From: Eledone cirrhosa
Taxonomy: Eukaryota
Length of the DNA: 64,000 nt
Direction of reading: 5' to 3'
Assembly: GCA_964016885.1 (NCBI GenBank)
Contig: OZ024744.1
Span: 60,760,001-60,824,000, forward strand
Within the stretch, counting starts at the first letter, position 1. The number at the start of each line of letters is the position of its first letter. The position numbers and the translations under genes were made by a program. Below the pieces are notes generated by a model. The model was not told the origin of the DNA. It saw only the letters and a list, made by a program, of their open reading frames with translations, and made no database searches. Below, piece by piece: positions 1 to 11,520 of the stretch.

Positions 1-277
1 GAGTACAAATATAAAATCGGCTGTGTAACAACAGAATATATCTGGAGTGGAAAACGCAAGTGAAAAGTGAAATCAGGTAGTGAAAGAAAATGGGGAAGTA
101 AAATGTGGAATGTGAAGATATTAGGTAAGTGAATCGAAGAGTGGGGGGGGGGGGGGGGGTTACTGGTGGATGTGAAGTAAAAATAAAAATAAAATTAAAG
201 ATAAAGTTAAAAATGAAAGTAAATCAGAAAGAGAAGTCTGTAAAGAGAATAATTTAAGGAAAGTGAAGAATAAGAGC

Positions 278-512
278 TTATGGAGGATAAGTATCTGAAA
301 GTGAGTTAAGTTTATATGAGCTGGAAAGCAAGTGTGATTTTATGTGTGGGCAACTGGTGAAATTTTCTGTTTTTGTATTTAGGCAGGTTTTTGGTGATTT
401 AAGGTTTTGTAAAATCCAATATTTTTCACTTATGCAGAGTGTGCATCTTCTTGTTCCTCTTGCATATTCTTTAGATTGGTTCAAAATTGACCAATCCAAA
501 ATTGACCACTCT
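278..512 (-). mobile_element. Penelope-like element remnant: C-terminal end of GIY-YIG endonuclease
   Basis: Translation WSILNQSKEYARGTRRCTLCISEKYWIL...CLNTKTENFTSCPH fits the W-x-I...C-x-L-C-x-x-E-K...LN...C-x-H tail of Penelope-like (Neptune-type) GIY-YIG domains. It is truncated upstream at a (TA)n tract. Confidence 0.75.
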
Positions 513-752
513 ATTATATATATATATATATATATTTCGTTTCTGAATTTGTTTAGCAAGATTCTTTATCTGAAATCGTGTGTTGAAACCGATATTGTTA
601 TACTTTGGGAGGGTCATGTTGCCAATAAGAAACACACGCACCAGTTGCTTTCACTTCAATTTAATTTATTATATATTTATAAATTTACAAATTTATAAAT
701 TTCTGGTTGGTTGGTTGGTTCCACAACCAGATATTTGTTTATATATATATAT

Positions 753-797
753 AGTCATAGTTCTTTCGTCACACACTCTGTGACCTCTTCAGTGACT
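753..797 (-). ncRNA. Minimal type I hammerhead ribozyme motif (mirror copy in left palindrome arm)
   Basis: Exact reverse complement of 909-953. Confidence 0.7.
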
Positions 798-908
798 GGG
801 GATTTCTTTCTTCGTTTCTGTGCCTTTCCTTTCTTCTATCCTACGCCATTTACAAAATGGCGTAGGATAGAAGAAAGGAAAGGCACAGAAACGAAGAAAG
901 AAATCCCC

Positions 909-953
909 AGTCACTGAAGAGGTCACAGAGTGTGTGACGAAAGAACTATGACT
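909..953 (+). ncRNA. Minimal type I hammerhead ribozyme motif
   Basis: AGUCA CUGAAGA G GUCACA-gagug-UGUGAC GAAA GAAC UA UGACU: 5-bp stem I, intact core, 6-bp stem II, vestigial stem III, CUA triplet. Confidence 0.7.
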
Positions 954-1192
954 ATATATATATAAACAAATATCTGGTTGTGGAACCAACCAACCAACCA
1001 GAAATTTATAAATTTGTAAATTTATAAATATATAATAAATTAAATTGAAGTGAAAGCAACTGGTGCGTGTGTTTCTTATTGGCAACATAACCCTCCCAAA
1101 GTATAACAATATATATATATATATATATATAGCCTGCTTTTAAATTCCCTTTCTGGCATATTTTAGCAGTAATATTTGGTTATCGTGTTTGA

Positions 1193-1273
1193 GCTCTACT
1201 GATGAACGACTACAACCGTGACTAACCCCACTGAAAAGTTTCGTGAAATAGTCTTTTTAAGACTATATAGAGC
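1193..1273 (+). ncRNA. Type I hammerhead ribozyme with stable stem III
   Basis: GCUCUA CUGAUGA ACGA...UCGU GAAA UAGUCUU-uuu-AAGACUA UA UAGAGC: all three stems pair, core intact, AUA triplet. Confidence 0.85.
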
Positions 1274-1518
1274 ATTTGTAGTTTTTCCAAATTGAAGGAT
1301 AAGTATTTTACCTTAATTTTATTCTGAGTTAAGACTCTTTTGGTTTTTTCCCTGGATTTCACAAAATCTGTGGATAAAATTTTTGTCTTGACTTCTTTTT
1401 AATTGAGTTTGAATTATTTTCCCATATCTTACGTTAAATATTTTCCATCTTGACGTTATAGTCACTTATATATTATGAAATACTGTGGCTTCTTGCTCAC
1501 ATTAATTTCTCTATTTTC

Positions 1519-1567
<49 letters not shown>

Positions 1568-1608
1568 CGAAACATAAGTCAATTGCATGAACTCATAATC
1601 CTTTATTT

Positions 1609-1664
1609 ACTGCTATATATATTTCGATGATAACCATTGAATGGCTATGACCTCATCAGGCAGT
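1609..1664 (-). ncRNA. Minimal type I hammerhead ribozyme motif
   Basis: Minus strand ACUGC CUGAUGA GGUCAUAGCCAU-uca-AUGGUUAUCAUC GAAA UAUAUA UA GCAGU, with a self-complementary stem III region. Confidence 0.8.
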
Positions 1665-2908
1665 TAGTCAGTTCTTAGATATGCCAGCTCTGTGTTTATG
1701 GTGTTGATGGTATCAGAGCCTTGGGACATATGAGCTTGTTGGGGATAATTTAATGGTGTCAGCAGGAATAATCTTAATCCTCATTGGTCAGTTTGTAGAT
1801 GCTAGTAGGGTTGGTATTTGACTTCAAAGAGGCAGGTGTAAAGTTCAAACTGTCAGGCAAGTTGACAATAGTTCCATATGACTGATTTTCACAAAAAGCA
1901 TTCCTGGTCAGATATATATTCAATTGAGGTTTATAGTATGAAATTCGATACCACAGGTCAATCTTAAATTGAGGAATTTATATAGGGTGGTACTACTGAA
2001 AATTATGGTTAGAGTAGAATACTAGAACATTTACATATAAAAAGACTTATGCTAGTTGACTTGCACATACACTCACACCCACCCCCACAGACATACACAC
2101 ACATCCACACATACAAATTGAGGAATTTATGTGGGGTGGTAATACTGAAAATTATGGTTAGAGTCAAATACTTAGAAAGTTTACAAATAAAAAGACATGT
2201 TGGTTGTACATACACTCACACCTACCCCCACAGACCCACACACACATCTACACACACAAATCTATACAGGTGTGTATATATATGTATACACACACATCCC
2301 TACTGACCATTATCACAACAATGAACCTCTTTACTACACACACACACACACACATATTTGTCTTAATAAACTTATTTTTCAGTGACTTCTCAATCAGGCG
2401 AAAAAGGACACTCTTCGACAATCCTACATTTGGCGCAAAATCAATTTTTAACATTCACGTGACCTCTACCGACCAATCAAAATTGTTTTGACTACAAGAA
2501 TTTTTGCAACACGAATTGGCGCGAAATTTATAGTACTCATTCACGTGACATTCAACAACCAACCAAATCTTAATACCTCTGGAGCCACTTTTTTCACATA
2601 AAACAGGAAGAATTTCCAAAACTGATCAGAGCAAACATCACGGGCGCTCTATCTCAAAATTATTTTTGAAAAGCATTAGAAATGCGCAACCGCTAAAATC
2701 TTAAAACTAAAACTGAATACTAACCAATACTTATTACTAATTTATACTTATTCCTAATTAAACTATTTTTCACTGGGAAAAATTTGTCAGCATTTTCTTT
2801 TCCTTTTACTAATATATATATATATATATATATATAAAGAAAAAGAGATGAAATCAAAAATGCAACTGGCGTCTTATTTTTTAAAAAAATATATATATAT
2901 ATTTGGTT

Positions 2909-2946
2909 CCTTTACCGGTTTCGCAGTTCTTCTGCTTTTCAAAAGG
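2909..2946 (-). ncRNA. Hammerhead motif, U3-A8 core variant (left arm)
   Basis: Minus strand CCUU UUGAAAA GCAG-aagaa-CUGC GAAA CCGG UA AAGG. Confidence 0.65.
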
Positions 2947-3034
2947 TGAGTTGAGATGGAGGGTCTGTGGTTTTTCTCACATCTGAGAAAAACCACAGAT
3001 GTGAGAAAAACCACAGACCCTCCATCTCAACTCA

Positions 3035-3072
3035 CCTTTTGAAAAGCAGAAGATCTGCGAAACCGGTAAAGG
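3035..3072 (+). ncRNA. Hammerhead motif, U3-A8 core variant (right arm)
   Basis: CCUU UUGAAAA GCAGA-aga-UCUGC GAAA CCGG UA AAGG: palindromic ACCGGU stem III, GUA triplet, C3-G8 pair replaced by U3-A8. Confidence 0.7.
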
Positions 3073-3207
3073 AACCAAATAAATATATATATATATATTT
3101 TTTTAAATAAGACTCCAGTTGCATTTTCGATTTCATCGCTTTTTCTTTATACTTTCACTCGTGTAGGACACCTCGGTTATTTTTCATTTTGTAAAAAAAA
3201 AACTCAC

Positions 3208-3261
<54 letters not shown>

Positions 3262-3535
3262 GGAATAGAATGAAACGAAATTTCATTTCTCACTCTTAGT
3301 ACGGCACTTACTTAAATGTAAGTATGTATGTATACGTACATTCATATATGTATACAGACGTACAGTAGCATGTATATATATACATACAGGCACACATATA
3401 TATATGCACGTATCAGTTTACCAAACATTTATTATAATGCTCGGTTTGTTTGTTTGTAAACAAACAAACAGCCTGAATTACGCCGTACAGTGTTTAGGCA
3501 ACCACGTCACCTTTTTGTTCAACACTGACACAGGA

Positions 3536-3578
3536 ACGATGTACTAGTTTCAAGCTTATTAGCTATCGTCAGCACCGT
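3536..3578 (-). ncRNA. Minimal type I hammerhead ribozyme motif
   Basis: Minus strand ACGGUG CUGACGA U AGCU-aaua-AGCU U GAAA CUAG UA CAUCGU: palindromic ACUAGU stem III, U:U mismatch at the base of stem II. Confidence 0.7.
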
Positions 3579-3672
3579 ATACCTTTCTGCCAGATGGTGG
3601 AACGTCCGAAAGTATATATATATATATATCATGATATTAAATAAATGGAACCTATATTTATAAAACCATATT

Positions 3673-3737
3673 TATTTTATTATATATATTTCAAGGGCAA
3701 CCAAGACAACATTGGTGCGTTTTCATCAGATAAAATA
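3673..3737 (-). ncRNA. Minimal type I hammerhead motif (family B element)
   Basis: Minus strand UAUUUUAU CUGAUGA AA...UU GAAA UAUAUA UA AUAAAAUA: 8-bp stem I, weak stem II. Homologous to 25044-25105. Confidence 0.65.
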
Positions 3738-3762
3738 CAAAGTTTGTTTTATAAATAGAGAC

Positions 3763-3838
3763 ATACCCATGAAAATTCTACCTTATCGGTTGGACTATCC
3801 AGTGAATTTCCAACCGATAAGGTAGAATTTTCATGGGT

Positions 3839-3840
<2 letters not shown>
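3763..3840. repeat. Perfect hairpin, 32-bp arms, terminating the family B element
   Basis: ATACCCATGAAAATTCTACCTTATCGGTTGGA, 14-nt loop, then the exact reverse complement. Confidence 0.9.
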
Positions 3841-4292
<452 letters not shown>

Positions 4293-4697
4293 ATTTGAGA
4301 AACGCAGTATTTTGTACACATATATAATACAAACAACATTCAGGAAAAAATATATATCTTTAAGGTGGAAAAGTTAAATCTTCCTTACAGTACTGTTTCA
4401 TAGTAAAAATTAATAGTAATAATTAAACGAGGGAAAAGTAAAATCGATCTAAGCAATCGATTCTGGTTAAGCCAATGAAAGACAAGGAACTAATCACCAA
4501 AGGAAAGCTTCTACTCTAAGCGTCTACTCCATATGAAGGCAAATATAGTTAAATTATCTAATTGATTTACGAACGTTTCTCTGAATACAGTAAGAAAATA
4601 CATTTCTTCAGAATCCATTAAAGAACACGAATAACATAATTATTAACCAACCACATTTCCTAATTTCTCCATTCCAAAAACGTATATAATATATTCT

Positions 4698-5443
4698 AAT
4701 AACAAGGAGTTGGAACGAGGTCTCAAAATAGCATCATTATGTTTATTCACCTAATGTGCGTTTCGCGATCGATCAGCTCAAGGTACAATCAGTATCGATT
4801 CCAGAGTCTGACATGATCGATACTGATTGTACCTTGAGCTGATCGATCGCGAAACACGCGTCACACGTGAAATCCTAATATAATAAAGGGAGGAGTGCAA
4901 GACTGTGTCCTGAATATATATTTTTTATCCCGTTTGTAAAATAAGTTGGATTACTTTGAATAAATAATGAAAGAATATTACATAATTTATGTACTAAATT
5001 TCGTAACTCTTGATTAAATTGTAAATAATTTTATTGATTCAGTTCTTTAAAATTTTTAAATGTCAACACTTCCGGTTAACGTCCGTTATATTATAACACT
5101 TATTACATCGCTTATATAAACGTTCATATATTTGCATCGTTTTATAAGATTTATATTTCCGCCGCTAATTTTCTCCTAATGCAGTTTATATATAATATCG
5201 TCTTTTTTAAATGTATCATGGATTACTTTACTGATTACAGAAGAGAGTGTGACACAGTCTCTCTTCAGTTTCTGTGCATATTGTCAATTACGATTTTATT
5301 AGACGTATCATATCTAAATGCATATATATTTGCATATAATATCAATATACACACTACACATGCTAGCAGGAAACCACCCGAAGGTGGTTATGCTAGTAAA
5401 CATATGATGCTATTTTGACACCTCATTCCCATTCCTTATTATT
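4698..5443. repeat. Palindrome centred near 4808, right arm interrupted by a Helitron
   Basis: Perfect 40-bp arms at 4760-4799 and 4816-4855. The diverged outer arm 4698-4750 pairs with 4866-4872 joined to 5397-5443. Confidence 0.8.
4873..5396 (+). mobile_element. Non-autonomous Helitron
   Basis: 5' TC start, 3' hairpin ending in CTAG, inserted between A and T. Second copy at 40364-41017. Confidence 0.8.
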
Positions 5444-5444
5444 G

Positions 5445-5910
5445 AAGAATTAGCCGCGACCAATTCTTCAATGCTAAGCACGAAGACTGCGTTGTCTGTG
5501 CTAGAGCGCGTACACTAAGGCACGAGGGGATAAAAGTCGTTGAATGGGCTCGGGTGGCGGAGGCAAGGTCTGCAACAAAGCTACTATCCGGTCTTTGGTG
5601 CATTACGACGGGCGCATATTAGTCGATCCCGAGCAAGATGTGTGCGACCTTTCAGCAGCACTTCGCTCAACTGTTTGGGAGCAGTGGAATAGACTTCAGT
5701 CCCCATCTTAACAGCTTGCTATGACTTTCAGCAACTGAAGCGCATTGCTACGAAAGGTAAATCACCTGGTTTGGGGGTGGTCTGGCTTAGAAGTACACAT
5801 GCCAGACTTGTTCGGTGTCCTCTTGACAGACGTCTCCTGCAACTGGCAGCAGAATGGGAGATTTAACACTTCTGTGAACCGTGAAGTGTTAGCGCTGTTG
5901 AGAAAGGACC
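5445..5910 (+). mobile_element. Degenerate L1/Tx1-like LINE fragment
   Basis: GC-richer tract with broken frames resembling the pre-RT region of Tx1-type ORF2 (e.g. EVHMPDLFGVLLTDV..NWQQNG). Confidence 0.45.
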
Positions 5911-5933
5911 CACCAAGTTACACACCAACAAAC

Positions 5934-6058
<125 letters not shown>

Positions 6059-6103
6059 GAGCGGTTCTTTGCTTAAACTTTAATCTGTTATTTTAATAAA
6101 TAA

Positions 6104-6156
<53 letters not shown>

Positions 6157-6548
6157 GGTGAGGTGTGTGTGTAAACGGTAATCAGAAATAACAGCAAATG
6201 GCGCAGTACAATGAAGAATATATTAGTTTAACGCTTGAAATAATAGGGAAAGAGTAGTAACGTTCCGGACACTAGTCCTTCATCAGAATGAGAAAAAAAA
6301 ATGAAATAGAAAAATAAAGTGTGAAAAGCGGAAGGAACGGAAAAATAAAAAAATTAGAAAAAAACACACGTGCGTATTCAGTCAGCCATGAAATTTATGA
6401 GAGAGAAGCTTCATCGAATTTTTTTACTATAGAAAAATAGTTTAAATAATATAGCATAAAAATTCGTGGTAATGTCCAATCTTTTGTTAAGGGGATTATG
6501 ATCTGATGAACGATCACTGTGCTCTGGTTTGATCATTTTTATTACATA

Positions 6549-7500
6549 CTAGCAGTAAAGCCCGGCGTTGCTCGGGGTCGCTCAGTAGCTGTGTTAAAGT
6601 TACAATGTTAAGTTTCTTTCTTGGCTTAAAAACTGTAGTGTCTACTGTGCAGACTTGCATGTGGTGTTTTTGATTAATATTCCCTCAACCAACAATATGC
6701 CTTATGAAGTTAAGAAAACATAACGATAACCCGAATGTTATAACAAAAGAGGATGCTGGGGATAGAAACTGCACTGGTTATTTATTAACAAAGATCGAAA
6801 ATGTAAACACTGCAACGCAGAGAAAAACATTAGCGTAACCAAATTATCAGTTATGTCTGTCTGCACGCCTATATCACCTCTCTGCACGACTGTCTGTCTG
6901 CACGCCTATATCACCTCTCTGCACGACTGTCTGTCTGCACGCCTATATCACCTCTCTGCACGACTATCTGTCTGCACGCGTATATCACCTCTCTGCACGA
7001 CTGTCTGTCTGCACGACTGTCTGTCTGCACGCCTAACGACGAAATATTTGCTTGTTTTACGTAGTCTTTAAATAGACTTGTTTTCAAGTAAAAATATTGT
7101 TTTAAAATGCTTTTAAATGGAAATGAAGCAAAACGGAAGCTTAGTGTTCGAACTGATGAATTTTGCAGGTCAATATTTTGCTGGTTCGACAACTGTTCGT
7201 TCGTGTATTGTGTTAATGTCATTTTAAACGCTGAGAAAGCCAGCGTAATTTTTTACGTAAGACGCTCAATGTAAACAGAACAAAGGGAAATAACTGATAA
7301 CTTACGCTCAAAAATCGATACATTATATTCGATTTCGTTACATAGGGTGGGTCAATTTGAAATTTTTTTTTTCCGATGTCTTCGCTAGGGCTCAATGTAC
7401 AAGTATAGCAATTTCGGTGCAATTCCGTGAGAGATTCTAAGAGGAGATGTGTGCCAAAAATCGATAGACAGACAGACAACCACAGTTTTATATATATAGA
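6549..7500 (-). mobile_element. Non-autonomous Helitron (DINE-1/Lep1-like architecture) with internal ~37-bp minisatellite (6857-7033)
   Basis: Minus strand begins A|TCTATATATATAAAA followed by (CTGT)n and ends CCCGAGCAACGCCGGG hairpin...CTAG|T. Confidence 0.8.
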
Positions 7501-7586
7501 TATATCTTTAATGTTAACATCCGTTTCTTTCCCACCCTTATAATTTTTATGTAACCATCGTTTGTTCCTCCACTGCCACCTTTTTT

Positions 7587-7589
<3 letters not shown>

Positions 7590-7681
<92 letters not shown>
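7590..7681. repeat. (CT)n microsatellite
   Basis: Directly visible. Confidence 0.95.
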
Positions 7682-7684
<3 letters not shown>

Positions 7685-9179
7685 AAAGTTATTTATTTCA
7701 GTATATGTGTGTGTGAGAGAGAGTGTGTGTTGCTGCGGAGAGGATAACTACTAGGTACAGTTGTCACTCGCAGTCGAATATGACCTGGTAGTATGTACAA
7801 TGTTTTCGCCAAGAGTTTTAGGTGCCCATGCAGTCGTGTGCAGGCACTGACACATCTTGACCCTTCCTCTTTTGATTCATCGGAACATCCAGAATGTGGC
7901 AGGTGTACATTTTTTAGCGATCTCCGAAAGAATTAAAAGCAAAAGGGACATCGGCGGGATTTAAGATTATAACGCAGAGATCCTGAATAAATATCCAACG
8001 CTCTAGCGATTCTGCCAAATCCACCGCTTATGGAAGGGTTGCACACATAGTATCGAACATTCTGCCTTTTACCCCCACCCCCACCCACCCCCCCCACACA
8101 CACTCACACATACACTCACACACACACTCACACACACACTCGCACACACACACTCACAGACATACGCTCACAAATTTAAATGGTATACATTTCACTGTTC
8201 TTTTAAATTCACTTTCAATTAACTATTTTCGTGTCATTTTAGCTCTGATGCCTTTGTAATAGCGTTAGAAATGTGAGCCAGAGGCAGGAACATGCCTGTC
8301 AGTGGCTTTTAGCCAATTTAACAAATTAGCTTTATTTGGCTGTAGTCTAGTGTGTATGTATATGTAGCAGCAGCCTTGTCCAAGATATAAGAACAGTACT
8401 TCCATTGTAGATCTTACCTGAGCTTTGTTAGAATTTGTCGGTGGCTCTAATATTTTCTGGTTCTGAAGAGAAGGGCCAGTCTGTTAGATGAAGTTCTAGC
8501 TATGATTAGGATGTGTATTAACATTGAGAGATCCTCAGTGCTGGTGTTATTTTAGGGTGCAGTGATATTTTGGTTCCATACAATTACAATTAACAAAGCA
8601 AATTAACAATAGCAATAACAATGAATCAGATATTTTACTGGTTTCAGTCATTCGATTACTAATTCGCCGTCACTAATAAAGTATCTATTTGTTATGCCGT
8701 GCCATTCCTGGAAAACAATAGGTGTCCTTTAATCGGATCCGTACAACATATGCCAGGTCAGCCCATCATCTCTATCGATGGAAAATGAAGGACAGCTCAG
8801 CATGTGACAGTGGGGACCCTGACCAAACAGTGCTGCATGTTGTTCCGATTGTTCCCTCAGACATTTTCCCAGCATTCTTGAGGCAATCCATAACATTGGT
8901 CTGTTTCGCCAATCTTGATCTGTCTCTCTACTATCGTATTTAAACCTGGTGTAGCCCGTCCCTCTCCAAGTTTGAGCTCAGCTGATTACTTCCAGAGAAG
9001 GAAAGAGTGAAGAAGTGAGAAACAGATATAGTAGAAAAATCGACCTCAAGTACTGGATCGGTATTTTATTTATCGATCCGAAAAGGATGTTGACATTGAC
9101 GGCATTTGAACTCGGAGTGCATTTTATTCGACGTTCTAACAATTTTACCAATTCATTACCTTTATTTCTTATAAAGCTT

Positions 9180-10165
9180 CTGCGAAACAAAGGTTACAGT
9201 AGTCTATTCTTCGAAATTAAAGCCAGCCGCACCATCCACAAGTCATATACCTCCCACAACTCATAACTACTACTCCTATACTGGCGCCGTTAGCCCAGCC
9301 CAAGCAAGACCACTGTGGCAACCTTCATCGGAACACAAGACAAGCTAGGACGGAACTCATGGTCTCCTTCAAGAATGAACCACACCCCAAATATCTCGGT
9401 CTAATATTGGATCGCAGCTTGACCTACTGAGAGCACCTAAAGAGAGTTGTCAGAAAGCTAAAGACCAGGATTAATATCATCCACAAATTAGCAGGAGACA
9501 GTTGGGGTCGGATGCACACACACTCTGAACTGCATGCTTAGGTCTTGTATACTTAGATGCAGAGTACTGTTCACTGGTCTAGGCAGGGAGCTGCCATGCC
9601 AAGCAAGTTGACACCATCCTCAACTTGGCAATGAGAATAGAATCTAGCAAACTGAAATCTACACCTACTCAATGGCTACCTACCCTTATATAGCTCCTTC
9701 TCACATGCAGTGTTACGAGATGATCGTGAGGCAGTACTTCTTACCAAGTCCATGTCCGACCTCCCCATCCCTGAAGATCTGGAAAACATTCCCAACATAT
9801 GCTTGAAATCACATAAACCATTCTGGGAATCAATGAAAACCCTTCAAGACAATAACTTTGATCTAGGAAGAGTGGTGAAGATCATGGAATGAGTCCAAAT
9901 TTGCCAATCAAAACATCGTCAAGGACCCCATATTTAGAATAGCCCAACTTAACCTTCCCAGAAAGCAATGGGTATCCCTTAATCGGATCCACACGACACA
10001 TGCTAAGACCGGTGGAAAATGAAAGACCAGCATGTGACTGTGAGTACGCTGACCAGGCAGTACTGCATGTTGTTCGGGACTGTCCCTCACGTTTTCCTGG
10101 CGGTCTGGAGTCTATCCATAATGCTGCAAAAGACGTCATAGTCTGGCACGCCGGTCTCAACCTGC
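9180..10165 (+). mobile_element. Degenerate I-group (Ingi/Vingi-like) LINE, RT thumb and C-terminus; related 3' fragment at ~8700-8930
   Basis: PKYLGLILDRSLTY*EHL...RINIIHKLAGDSWG...AEYC...LKSTPTQWLP, with stops and frameshifts. The clade assignment is from memory of the motif. Confidence 0.7.
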
Positions 10166-11227
10166 CTCATTAGTTACCATACATACATCGTACTATCTCT
10201 CTTGCATCTCTCACTATCTCGACCCCTCTCCAAAATAACCCGCCCTACCCAACGTGCCCATCTCCTCCTCTTTTCCTACACACAACACAAGATAGATAAA
10301 TGAAAGAATATTTGTTCCGGAATTGAAAGTATCAAAGCAAAGCATTTGATTTATAGCGCCCAACACACGCACGCGCGCACACACATACATAAACACAATA
10401 TAAACACATACATATACAGACACACATACATAAACACATACACATACAGACACATACATATATATACACGCATTCCACAGGGTAAAAAAAGGTTTCAAAT
10501 ATGAACACTGCACACATACATACATATACAATACATATACTCATACACACATACAATACACAAACACACCTATTCATACGTATATACACACCTCATACAT
10601 ATACAAACACGCACATATATTTACACATATACACACGCATGCACATTTCATGGCGGAAAAGCTGTCAAATATGAATCTCCAGGTCAAAGGTTCACACACA
10701 CACACGCACACACACACACACACACACACGCACACACAAACACATACACACACACACACACACACACGCACACACAAACACATACACACACACACACACA
10801 CACGCACGCACATACACACACGAGCACGCTCACACCACACACACGAGCACAAAATACACACTGTTATTTTAGTAACAGAGAAATTTGAATGTTTTATCTG
10901 GCCCCTCAACCGCGGTCAACGCTTTTAGTCTTCTTTCAACGTCCCTACCAGCCCTTAGCTTCCAGCGTCTTTTCCAATTGAGTGGGAAGTTGTGTTGACC
11001 CCATTCTGGGAATCCCAGTTACAGATAATACTAGCTACTCAACTTTAGGCACAAATCGATGATAAGATCTTTCATCATCAATACTTCATCGTGAAGTCTT
11101 CTCCAACCGCTGATTTCCGGAATAAGTGATCACCCTGAACTACAAACGACAAGGTTGAGGTATAGAAGGAAGAGTTGGGTTAGACTTGTCACAATGGATG
11201 GGTGGGTACTGGTTGTATATTTTATTA

Positions 11228-11372
11228 GCGGCGAGGGAGGGCTGTTGCACGATCTGAGTTCAAATCCCGCCGAGGTTAACTTTGCCTTTCATCCTTACGG
11301 GCTCGATAAAATAAAGTACCAGTAATACACTGAAAGATAATTGCTGGCCTTGTGCCAAAAATAGAGACAATT
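11228..11372 (+). mobile_element. tRNA-derived SINE (family S1), 5'-rearranged
   Basis: B-box GAGTTCAAATCC followed by the shared body CGAGGTTAACTTTGCCTTTCATCC...GATAAAATAAAGTACCAG. Confidence 0.8.
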
Positions 11373-11520
11373 TATTATGAGCATTGACTGACAGATTCAG
11401 AATTGATAGGAAGAAAGGAGAAAGGAATAAAATGGACGGAAGGAGACCACAAGCATTTAAATACATTTAAATGCCGTCAAAGCGACGTTGGCTAAATTTT
11501 TTACCTCAATATATATAATA

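Larger units (their letters stand above)
592..1112. repeat. Near-perfect ~520 bp palindrome (family A), ~260 bp arms, 3-nt loop at 852-854
   Basis: 592-851 is the reverse complement of 855-1112 except for one substitution and a 2-nt (TA) length difference. It is homologous to 24190-24645. Confidence 0.95.
2833..3151. repeat. ~320 bp palindrome (family C) between (TA)n tracts
   Basis: 2833-2985 is the reverse complement of 2996-3151 with few mismatches. The 10-nt spacer is part of a duplicated TGAGAAAAACCACAGA. Confidence 0.93.

Noticed and set aside
580-1109. Matching ORFs on opposite strands (MLPIRNTRTSCFHFN...)
   Set aside because: This is an automatic consequence of the palindrome; the frames are not preserved in the 24.2 kb copy.
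592-1112. Palindromes as fold-back sequencing or assembly artefacts
   Set aside because: The arms carry mismatches, the same apex recurs at an independent locus, and one palindrome is interrupted by a Helitron. A raw-read check is still advisable.
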